Source: a virus
Taxonomy: Duplodnaviria; Caudoviricetes
Direction: 5' to 3' (one strand)
Virus record (IMG/VR): IMGVR_UViG_3300032257_000545
Location: 1 to 36,716 of that record
DNA length: 36,716 nucleotides
Positions 28,018 to 35,665 of this stretch are shown here, one piece after another. The first letter of the stretch is position 1. Each line of letters begins with the position of its first letter. The notes below the pieces were generated by a model. That model was not told the DNA's origin and did no database searches. It saw nothing but the letters and a program-made list of their open reading frames with translations. Made by a program: the position numbers and the translations under genes.

Positions 28018-28893
28018 CTATTCTCCTTGTTGTTCAATTATTGGGGAAACTTCGTAAGTCAGGCGTTCTTCAGGAGGTTTTGCTGCCCCTGAGATTTTCT
28101 GCATTAACCGCCCAAGATGCGGTTCTTCCATCTCGCCCAAGCGACCAGAGCGATCCTTTGCCGGATAGCCATAAGAGTTGATGGTGTTGCAGATAAAAGC
28201 GCGGAAAGACTTATTGTCAGCGTTGGTAATCTCAGCCATGGTGATGACCTGATCAACAATGCCAGGAAGTTCTAAGCCTGTTTTTGAACCCTCAATTTGC
28301 GGTACGAATATCTTGCGATTGAAGTCATCAATCTTTTCGTCAAGAATCCCCACAAACCAGATATTCTTGTTTCTGGTATGCTGAAGATGCGTCAGCCAGC
28401 TGATCATCTCCTGACCTTGCAAACCATAAGCTCCGCGCGTATCAGGCTTGCCTGTTTTCTCGGAAAATGCCTGTGGTTGGGCTTTGCACCAGCCAAAACA
28501 CAAACGACCTGCAACGGTTATGGAATCAATGAAGATGGTGTCGTATTTATCGAGAGCAGAAGGATCGCCGAACTTTTCACAAACAGCATCAAAATGCGCC
28601 TGTGAGTATGGCTGATCATCTTGCAATGCAGGGTTTGCACCGCCGATAAATACAGCAAAATCACGACAATCTTGCCATGTACGCGGGCGAATGGTATCGC
28701 CTTGCCAGCCTTCGATGGCTAAATCACCAGCCTCAAGGTCAAAAAACAGTGTTTTTTCTGCTGGCAATGTCCATAGCAGGGAGGTTTTGCCGATACCGCT
28801 TTTACCGAAGATGCAGCCCTTGATACCCTTGGTTTCTTTTAATCGTTCATCGGCTGAAATGATGGGAAGCCTACTAGTAGGGAGCTTGCTCAT
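28018..28893 (-). CDS. AAA_24 / Sak4-like ATPase recombinase
   Basis: GKSGIGKT, FDLEAG, FIDSIT, AKDRSGRL..EEPHLG. Confidence 0.85.
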   Translation of the reverse strand: MSKLPTSRLPIISADERLKETKGIKGCIFGKSGIGKTSLLWTLPAEKTLFFDLEAGDLAIEGWQGDTIRPRTWQDCRDFAVFIGGANPALQDDQPYSQAHFDAVCEKFGDPSALDKYDTIFIDSITVAGRLCFGWCKAQPQAFSEKTGKPDTRGAYGLQGQEMISWLTHLQHTRNKNIWFVGILDEKIDDFNRKIFVPQIEGSKTGLELPGIVDQVITMAEITNADNKSFRAFICNTINSYGYPAKDRSGRLGEMEEPHLGRLMQKISGAAKPPEERLTYEVSPIIEQQGE

Positions 28894-29195
28894 GCTGCAC
28901 CTCCTTTACGAGAAAGTGCATCAACAATATTCTCACTACCAAGTGCGCCTTTTTTACGAGCGTCACGGTAGAGATTGCGGATTGCGTAAATACGAGTAGT
29001 TAGCGCATCAGATTCTTTATCCAACGCTTGGGTGGCAAAAAACAGCTCATCAAGCGTGGCTTCCTGCGTAGGTTTGGTTACATCTTCCTCAATTGCACCA
29101 AGTGCAGGAACAGTAATAAATGCAGGAATTTCCTTTGCGTAATAGCTGTCTTTAAGTAGTTTTTGTAAATTAGGTTTAAACATACATATCTCCAT
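28890..29195 (-). CDS. Hypothetical phage protein, first gene of replication operon
   Basis: 101 aa ORF, ATGA-coupled to the ATPase; start uncertain. Confidence 0.65.
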   Translation of the reverse strand: MEICMFKPNLQKLLKDSYYAKEIPAFITVPALGAIEEDVTKPTQEATLDELFFATQALDKESDALTTRIYAIRNLYRDARKKGALGSENIVDALSRKGGAA

Positions 29196-29221
29196 GTTTT
29201 GTGGTTAAATGCTCTTTATTC

Positions 29222-29330
29222 ACATCGGTTCTGCTGCCGGGTTCTGACGCCGCTAAAAAGAGCAAAGCGGTTGCGGTATTTCCTCTCGGTTTCCTTTGAG
29301 GTTTTGTATTTCCGCAAGAACCCGACATGT
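29222..29330 (-). ncRNA. Putative structured leader RNA (multi-branch)
   Basis: 11-bp outer stem 29235-45/29317-27 enclosing two hairpins; family not recognised. Confidence 0.45.
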
Positions 29331-29346
29331 TTTCTTGCCTTCAATA

Positions 29347-29379
29347 AGTTACTTACCGAGAAGGTCTGAAAACTGTCGG
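29347..29379 (-). promoter_or_regulatory. Bipartite motif copy 1 (CCGACAGTTTT-N12-GTAAGTAACT), putative phage-sigma promoter
   Basis: Identical boxes and spacing to 33505-33537; upstream of replication operon. Confidence 0.7.
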
Positions 29380-29382
29380 GAG

Positions 29383-29931
29383 TCAGTGGAGATATTCTTT
29401 GATTCCGTGTTGAGTAAGATCTTCACGCAAAGCATGCAGCGACTCGTAAAGCGTGCCTCTGGGCGTTCCTGTGATGCGAGATATTTCACTCATGGAGTGC
29501 GTGCGAAGATTAGTCATCAGAGTGAGAAGCTTCGGCTTCATCCGTTCGGCAGCCATGTTCAGGTCAATCTGCAAGCCATGGATGTAGGAGTTTTCACTCG
29601 CAGTATCGGGTAATTCATCATTCTCACCGTCTGGATTTTCCAACCAAGAATCGAGAGATAACTCACCCATGCCAGAGCCTCGTTTCTGTGCTTTGGCATT
29701 TTCAATAATACTGGCGCATTTGTGATTAAGAATCCGATCAACAAAGGTGTTGAAGCTTGCCTTTTTCTGGTCGTATGATTTAATACGCAGCAGATAATCC
29801 AGCATCATTTCCTGCTCGAGGTCTTCCACCTCAAAACCGTGAATGCTAGGATGCCGTATTAAGCTCCGGGCGTGATATTGAACTTGGTTGATGACGTATT
29901 GATTTATTCCTTTATAATTATTGTTACTCAT
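29383..29931 (-). CDS. ECF-like (sigma70 region 2 + 4) phage sigma factor
   Basis: EVEDLEQE...YDQKKASFNTFVDRI (region 2) and SMSEISRITGTPRGTLY (region 4 HTH). Confidence 0.8.
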   Translation of the reverse strand: MSNNNYKGINQYVINQVQYHARSLIRHPSIHGFEVEDLEQEMMLDYLLRIKSYDQKKASFNTFVDRILNHKCASIIENAKAQKRGSGMGELSLDSWLENPDGENDELPDTASENSYIHGLQIDLNMAAERMKPKLLTLMTNLRTHSMSEISRITGTPRGTLYESLHALREDLTQHGIKEYLH

Positions 29932-30043
29932 TTGCTTTCGCCTTTTTTAAGTTTGGCGACCCCAACCGAAGGGGCCGTTCAAACGTAAATGGCGAAAACT
30001 CACTGAGCCTTTGGATTCAGAGCTATTTTCTTTAAGCAGAAAC

Positions 30044-30070
30044 AAAAAAAGCCCCTGAAACAGGGGCTTT
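30044..30070 (-). terminator. Intrinsic terminator upstream of the sigma gene
   Basis: RNA AAAGCCCCUG-UUU-CAGGGGC-UUUUUUU. Confidence 0.85.
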
Positions 30071-30205
30071 GCGAGGTAAAAGTTTTTTGAAAAAAAATGA
30101 AGTGATCTCAGTGAAATTTCACCAAGCTAATAATTTCTCATTGTTATGCTTGTGATAAATACATGATGCTACGTATGTTTAAGGCTGTTTAACAAAGGTA
30201 TTTGA

Positions 30206-31099
30206 ATGATATATAAGAATGTTGCATTTGAAATTGAAGAGAAGCTGATTAAAGCTTACGATATTTTTGCAATTCAAATTTTTGAGAATATGGAGCACTT
30301 TCGTAAGATTGACGCATCCATTCCTCGCTGGGTGGCAGAGGCAGGTGTTTCATCTGATTGCCCAATAGGGAAAGATAAGTTTCAGCACCTATATAATGGG
30401 TCTTCTGAGTATGAAACACTCAACCGAATACTGTACTACTATGATTGTGATAACTTAATCAGCTCGCTTCAGAATGTAGTTAATGAAAGCTTTCATTTAT
30501 CCGATAGGATAGACAAAATCTTGGCCGAGGAAGTCAGATATAGTGCTGCGGTTGATGAGCACTTGAGCGATTACACAGGGTGCCGGTTTTTATCTGGAGA
30601 AGTAGTAGTAGATCTGTTCTCACTTACAAATATGCTATTCATTAACCTCTATTCGCAATTGGATTACATCACAAAACTATTCTTCGAGATGCAAAATATA
30701 TGTAAAAATTTCGATACTTACCCTAAAATGCGTAGTTGCAGCATTCTTTATGGGAAGAAGGGAAAGCTGAATATCTCATCTATTGAGAACACTATTTTTG
30801 ATAATGATTCTGCAGCAATCAAAACAGTTATTAATTTCAGAAATGAGATTGTTCATAATGGCACGCTTGACGATAGACAAAAGCTTTTTCAGATGTACGA
30901 AGATGGAAAGATAGTGAAACAATTTATTCTCCTGCCAGATACAACAGAAGGGAATCTTGATAGGCATAAAGGACGCTCGCATTTTTATGGCACAGAGAAT
31001 AAATGGCAAGATATAGTGCCTGCCTTACTTGATGACTTTTATCTGCGACTAAAATACACAATTGACCTAATTCTTAGTTCTCAAACCCAAAATGTTTGA
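30206..31099 (+). CDS. HEPN-domain protein (Cthe_2314-like), putative RNase toxin/defence moron
   Basis: FINLYSQLDYITKL helix and RNEIVH (R-x4-H) motif; AT-rich, opposite strand to neighbours. Confidence 0.75.
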   Translation: MIYKNVAFEIEEKLIKAYDIFAIQIFENMEHFRKIDASIPRWVAEAGVSSDCPIGKDKFQHLYNGSSEYETLNRILYYYDCDNLISSLQNVVNESFHLSDRIDKILAEEVRYSAAVDEHLSDYTGCRFLSGEVVVDLFSLTNMLFINLYSQLDYITKLFFEMQNICKNFDTYPKMRSCSILYGKKGKLNISSIENTIFDNDSAAIKTVINFRNEIVHNGTLDDRQKLFQMYEDGKIVKQFILLPDTTEGNLDRHKGRSHFYGTENKWQDIVPALLDDFYLRLKYTIDLILSSQTQNV

Positions 31100-31481
31100 G
31101 CTGCTCGTCCCAGATATCAGGGAATGGTGATTGCATGTCTTGCAGGCTAAGTCCTCGTGGTTGCGTGCCATCAAGAATTGCCTGTTTTATTTGTGGGGCA
31201 AGCAGATTCAGGCGCAAGATGCGTGATATGTAGGAAGGGTTGATTTTTTTCTTAATCGCCAGATCATCAATGGAGCGATACAGACCTTTATCGAGCTGTT
31301 TTTGCCAGAAATATGCCTTGGCTATAGCCTTAATCATCGTTTCATCTGGTTTCTGTTGCGGCGGAGCAGCTTGCGCTCCATCAGGTAAAATCATCATCTT
31401 TTTACCACCATACCGCTTAATCTTAATCGGCACTTTGATGGAGATAATATTGTTTTGAACGGTAATGACTGTTGTATGCAT
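31074..31481 (-). CDS. Recombinase-associated small HTH-like protein; start revised to MHTTV at 31481
   Basis: KAIAKAYFWQKQL...SYISRILRLNLLAPQI..ILDG...WDEQ pattern typical downstream of large serine recombinases. Confidence 0.75.
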   Translation of the reverse strand: MHTTVITVQNNIISIKVPIKIKRYGGKKMMILPDGAQAAPPQQKPDETMIKAIAKAYFWQKQLDKGLYRSIDDLAIKKKINPSYISRILRLNLLAPQIKQAILDGTQPRGLSLQDMQSPFPDIWDEQLKHFGFEN

Positions 31482-31482
31482 G

Positions 31483-32826
31483 TTATTTTTCCAATTGTTT
31501 TTTCTGATAATCAAGCTCTCTGACCAAGCTATCCAGCCCATCTGCACGCACACGTACATCGACATAATTTGGATGGATAACCACTTTTTCCAACATCAGG
31601 TGCAGTAAGCGTTCCTGCTCCTTTGGAAATAATTCATTCCAGACCGGAAAAATATCTACCAGCGCATTTCTCACATCCATCTCCGTGATGTTGTCATCGC
31701 TGCGAGTGACCTCCTTCCATGTTTCGATAATCATTTCAGGTGCTGCAAATATGGATTTCATCTGGTGTAAAACGACCGTTTCTATTTCGCTGGCAGTCAC
31801 CTGCTTGACGGGGCAGTCTGGGCAACCACCTTTTCGATAATTCACTGCGCCGTAATAACGATACAACTTGCCACCTTTCTTTTTAGTGTGGCATGGAGTC
31901 ATAGAGCTATTGCAGCCACCACATCGCAGGACACCACACAGAACCGCTTTTGTTTTTCGCTTGGTAGAAACGCTACGCTCCCTCGGGCTTTTCTGCATAA
32001 CCTCCCGAGATTTATCCCATACTTCCTGCGTGAGAATAGGCTTGTGCTTGCCATCGTATATATTTTCTTTATGGCGTATCTTGCCAATATATATGGGATT
32101 GTTCAGTATTTTATAAATGCTGCCTTTATCCAGTTTTGTGCCACCAATTTCCCGACCATTTTTAGATACTCGTTTTTTGCTAAAAATACCTATGGCAGGC
32201 AGTTGCTGCACCACCATCGTGACTGATTTAAGCATGATGAAATAATCAAAAATCATTCGCACCGAGGCAGCTTCATCATCTTTAATATGCAGATGCCTAT
32301 CTTTTACCTCATAGCCCAGTGGCGTAACACCGCCCATCCACATGCCTTTGCGCTTGGAGGAGGCGATTTTATCCCTAATACGCTCGCCAGTAATTTCTCG
32401 TTCAAACTGTGCAAATGATAACAGCACGTTTAGCATCAGCTTACCCATTGGGGTGCTGGTATCAAAATTCTGCGTTACTGATACAAAGGAAACTTCATGC
32501 GTTTCAAACACCTTCATCATATTAAGAAAATCAAGCAGGGAGCGTGAGAGTCGGTCAATTTTATAAACAACTACAATGTCAATCTTGCCTGCCTTTATAT
32601 CAGAAATAAGCCGTTTAAGCGCAGGTCGTTCAACTGTTCCGCCAGAGAATCCGCCATCTTCATATTTATCAGGAACAACATCCCAGCCTTCATGGGCATG
32701 AATCTGAATATATCGCTCGCAGGACTCATATTGTGCATCAAGGCTGTTAAACTCCATATCCAGACCTTCTTCGGTAGATTTTCTGGTGTAGATTGCACAG
32801 CGTATTTTGGTTTTTATCTCACTCAT
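31483..32826 (-). CDS. Large serine recombinase (integrase)
   Basis: AIYTRKST (catalytic Ser), VVYKIDRLSRS, FAQFERE, GGVTPLGY, LNNPIYIG, zinc ribbon CGGC/CPDC. Confidence 0.95.
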   Translation of the reverse strand: MSEIKTKIRCAIYTRKSTEEGLDMEFNSLDAQYESCERYIQIHAHEGWDVVPDKYEDGGFSGGTVERPALKRLISDIKAGKIDIVVVYKIDRLSRSLLDFLNMMKVFETHEVSFVSVTQNFDTSTPMGKLMLNVLLSFAQFEREITGERIRDKIASSKRKGMWMGGVTPLGYEVKDRHLHIKDDEAASVRMIFDYFIMLKSVTMVVQQLPAIGIFSKKRVSKNGREIGGTKLDKGSIYKILNNPIYIGKIRHKENIYDGKHKPILTQEVWDKSREVMQKSPRERSVSTKRKTKAVLCGVLRCGGCNSSMTPCHTKKKGGKLYRYYGAVNYRKGGCPDCPVKQVTASEIETVVLHQMKSIFAAPEMIIETWKEVTRSDDNITEMDVRNALVDIFPVWNELFPKEQERLLHLMLEKVVIHPNYVDVRVRADGLDSLVRELDYQKKQLEK

Positions 32827-33272
32827 GTTTTGCCTCCTTTTTTACGTACCAATCCAAAGAAAGCAGGGCCAGACCATGCTGCACCTGTAATATTTTTGGC
32901 GATTTTCGATAGGCTGGTATATTTGCAGCCCTGATATTCAAACCCTTCATCCAGCACCATCACCTGATGCTCAATCCCCTTATATTCACGGATGATTTTT
33001 GTGCCGACCATCGGGCGTGGATATGATGGCGTCTTTTTTTGCGCACTTCCTCCTGCGCTAAAATGACTCTTTGCATGTTCTGCAATGCGAACCTCAATAT
33101 CAGGGCTAACTCCATAGGATAATTCCTGCAACCGATAGGCAAGCTTTTTGACCAGCTGCGTTTTATGAGTTCTCGGTGCATCTTCTTTATACATCTCCTG
33201 CCACAGCTTCTTTAGCTCTGGCGTGGTCATTTTGGGCAGGGCTAGAACCCTTGACAGCACTTGTTTATCCAT
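32823..33272 (-). CDS. DUF2924-family protein
   Basis: LAYRLQEL..G, GTKIIREYKG..HQV, SLSKIAKNITGAAWSGPAFFGL. Confidence 0.88.
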   Translation of the reverse strand: MDKQVLSRVLALPKMTTPELKKLWQEMYKEDAPRTHKTQLVKKLAYRLQELSYGVSPDIEVRIAEHAKSHFSAGGSAQKKTPSYPRPMVGTKIIREYKGIEHQVMVLDEGFEYQGCKYTSLSKIAKNITGAAWSGPAFFGLVRKKGGKT

Positions 33273-33287
33273 AGTTTTTCCTTTGAT

Positions 33288-33476
33288 TTAGTTATCGTCT
33301 TTGCTAACCACATGAACGCCTGGAAAACCATTCAAGTCCAGTGAATTAGAGTCGTTTTCTCTATGTTTATCAGCATGTTGTTTTTGATTCAGGCGTGTAA
33401 TGCCTAAAGCTAGAATGCTGGCGACTTCATGGTGGCGGTCATCTGCGCTCATTAGGGCGGGATTAAGCATATTCAT
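33288..33476 (-). CDS. Small hypothetical protein heading the recombinase operon (start at second ATG)
   Basis: MSADDRHHEVASILALGITRL; AAGGAG lies 6 nt upstream of ATG 33476. Confidence 0.65.
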   Translation of the reverse strand: MNMLNPALMSADDRHHEVASILALGITRLNQKQHADKHRENDSNSLDLNGFPGVHVVSKDDN

Positions 33477-33504
33477 CAGCATCTCCTTGTTTTACTGTTC
33501 AAGG

Positions 33505-33537
33505 AGTTACTTACTGAAAGGACTGTAAAACTGTCGG
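33505..33537 (-). promoter_or_regulatory. Bipartite motif copy 2, putative phage-sigma promoter
   Basis: CCGACAGTTTT-N12-GTAAGTAACT, same as 29347-29379. Confidence 0.7.
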
Positions 33538-33570
33538 AATGTTGAAAAAATATGTAATATAAAATAAGGC

Positions 33571-33602
33571 TTGTTATTTTTATGAACCTAATATAAGTTA
33601 GG
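33571..33602 (+). promoter_or_regulatory. Putative promoter of the lexA operon with overlapping palindromic operator
   Basis: TTGTTA (33571-76), 17 bp spacer, TAAGTT (33594-99); CCTAA-N6-TTAGG at 33587-33602. Confidence 0.45.
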
Positions 33603-33634
33603 GTGTTATTTAATTTAATTATAGGAGAGATACA

Positions 33635-33817
33635 ATGGCTACAAATCCACCAACTGGAGATGGGCATCGCAATGGTGCTGTAAAAGATAGGTCACAAGTT
33701 CATAACCCACAAAACGACAAGTGGGTAAAACGTGATAGTGATACCGGAAGATTTATGGATGTTAAGTCTGACGGAGCTAAATTTAAGGGTGTTCGCAAAG
33801 AAAAGCCTAAAAAATAG
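33635..33817 (+). CDS. Small basic hypothetical protein
   Basis: 60 aa, AGGAG RBS, ends 2 bp before lexA; WVKRD..TGRFMDVK..FKGVRKE. Confidence 0.75.
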   Translation: MATNPPTGDGHRNGAVKDRSQVHNPQNDKWVKRDSDTGRFMDVKSDGAKFKGVRKEKPKK

Positions 33818-33819
33818 TT

Positions 33820-34479
33820 ATGTCAGAACTTTCAAAATCTCAACAGACTCTATTGCAAGCGATTGAACGCTTGAAGCTGGCTATGGGCATGACTCCCACA
33901 GTTAAAGAGATTGCTGACGAATTATCCATAAAGCCGCCAAGTGTTCATGAGGCCTTAAAACGACTTGAGGAAAAAGGCTATATTCGCCGTACTCCTCGCA
34001 AAGCTCGCTCACTTGAAGTTATTAAGCCAAGAACTCCTGCTAAAACTCAGATGGTTGCTGTCCCTATTATAGGTACAGTTGCAGCAGGTACGCCAATTCT
34101 GGCAATGGAAAATCACGTTGGTGATGTGATGGTTCCTCAAGATATCGTGCGCGGAACATGTTTTGCCTTGAAAGTACAGGGCGATAGTATGATTGATGTC
34201 GATATTTTTGAAGGTGATTATGTTGTTGTTAAACAGCAGCCCATTGCAGAAAATAACGATATTGTGGTGGCAATGATTGATGACAGTGCCACTGTCAAAC
34301 GACTTTATATTTCGGACGACCATATTGAGCTTCGCCCTGAAAATAAAAATCTTCAACCAATCCAAGTAGGAGCAGGAGATGAATTAAGAATAATTGGGAA
34401 GGTCTTGCATGTATGCTCACAGTCCAGCCCTGTAATGACGAAACAGGAGAGCGATAGCCATGAGCACATACAACCCTAA
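33820..34479 (+). CDS. lexA: LexA-family autocleaving repressor
   Basis: wHTH PTVKEIA...LEEKGYIRR..ARSL; VAAG cleavage site; GDSM (Ser) and TVKR (Lys) dyad. Confidence 0.9.
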   Translation: MSELSKSQQTLLQAIERLKLAMGMTPTVKEIADELSIKPPSVHEALKRLEEKGYIRRTPRKARSLEVIKPRTPAKTQMVAVPIIGTVAAGTPILAMENHVGDVMVPQDIVRGTCFALKVQGDSMIDVDIFEGDYVVVKQQPIAENNDIVVAMIDDSATVKRLYISDDHIELRPENKNLQPIQVGAGDELRIIGKVLHVCSQSSPVMTKQESDSHEHIQP

Positions 34480-35665
34480 AATATTCAACAATGTTGATAG
34501 CCTAACTGAAATTGATGCCAACCTTCTAATTCAGCTATTCAAAAAATTCCCGAAATTCTTTGAGGTTCACAATATCCCTCTAGATAATGGAGTATTGAAT
34601 TTTGAAGATATTAGTAAAGCATTTTTCCGCCCAGACGATGCCGTACAGGATAAAGAAGAAACCAATGAGTTGATGGAGGCACTCCAGATCATAACGGAAA
34701 TGTCTAGCCATGATGCCATGGATTCCCTGCTGGCTGCGGCAAAAGAGCAAAAAATTACATTAAACTTCCAAGCGGACAGTTCTTCTGCCGATATTGCCCT
34801 ATATTGCTTCTTGCATGAAGAAAATCTCTTCCATACGGAATATGCGCGATCATTAGTTAAAAATTATCGTGGCTTTAGCTTTTTCTGGGGAGAAAATGGT
34901 AAGAAACGCACGTTCCCTGAGGTAAATGAGGAAACCATTACAGCTCTGCAGGCAGAGCTAGATGATTGGTTTGCTGGTAATAATCGACTACGGAATTGCC
35001 GAGTATATATGTTCCCACAGGCTCATCGTGTCAGCATCGTTATAAAATATGGCAAGCCATTGAAACGTGAGATGAAGATGAAGGACGGGGAAACTGAGAG
35101 CGTATTTTACAATCCACAGTGCCATGATTTATTAATTTATAATTGTGATAATGATGATGTTAGCGTGCGAACGGATGGCAAAAAAGGACAGTTGCCCGAA
35201 TATCTCCGCTGTGTCGGAAAGCATGTTTTTGCAAATGAGGAATATTTCAAAGAAAAGAAGATCTTCTCGCTTGATAAGCTGCGCGATATACAAACTGCAG
35301 CTCATAATTTTGCCACTGTAGACAGCATTGAGGATGTGAAGCTGGTTGAGCTCCAATATGAATGGGGTGGTGAGATTGAAATCAGAAAATCTGGAAATTT
35401 GCTAGGAACGTTAATCTATAAAAACGGCCTGGATAGCACAAAAAAGGCAGATATTATATTTGCCAAATTCAGCATACGGTTTGAGGATAGCAAAACACCC
35501 AGAAAAGTTGGTATTCGTTCAGGAAATCAAGCAACATTTGGTCGTGATGAGGATAGCCTCATTATTGAAGAGTGGATCACAGATCAGCAATTAGTGAAAC
35601 CAAGAACACCAAAGCAGGAGGCGACACCGTATGTGGAAAAAACTCTCGAACCTGCCACGGCATGA
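34460..35665 (+). CDS. Uncharacterised 401 aa protein, coupled to lexA
   Basis: Long ORF, AGGAG RBS, 20 bp overlap with lexA; no family recognised. Confidence 0.8.
   Translation: MSTYNPKIFNNVDSLTEIDANLLIQLFKKFPKFFEVHNIPLDNGVLNFEDISKAFFRPDDAVQDKEETNELMEALQIITEMSSHDAMDSLLAAAKEQKITLNFQADSSSADIALYCFLHEENLFHTEYARSLVKNYRGFSFFWGENGKKRTFPEVNEETITALQAELDDWFAGNNRLRNCRVYMFPQAHRVSIVIKYGKPLKREMKMKDGETESVFYNPQCHDLLIYNCDNDDVSVRTDGKKGQLPEYLRCVGKHVFANEEYFKEKKIFSLDKLRDIQTAAHNFATVDSIEDVKLVELQYEWGGEIEIRKSGNLLGTLIYKNGLDSTKKADIIFAKFSIRFEDSKTPRKVGIRSGNQATFGRDEDSLIIEEWITDQQLVKPRTPKQEATPYVEKTLEPATA

Noticed and set aside
29235-29327. tRNA gene
   Set aside because: No T-arm GTTCRA, D-arm or 7-nt anticodon loop geometry
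33490-33635. Canonical alphaproteobacterial SOS box or CtrA box in the control region
   Set aside because: No GTTC-N7-GTTC, GAAC-N7-GAAC or exact TTAA-N7-TTAA found by eye
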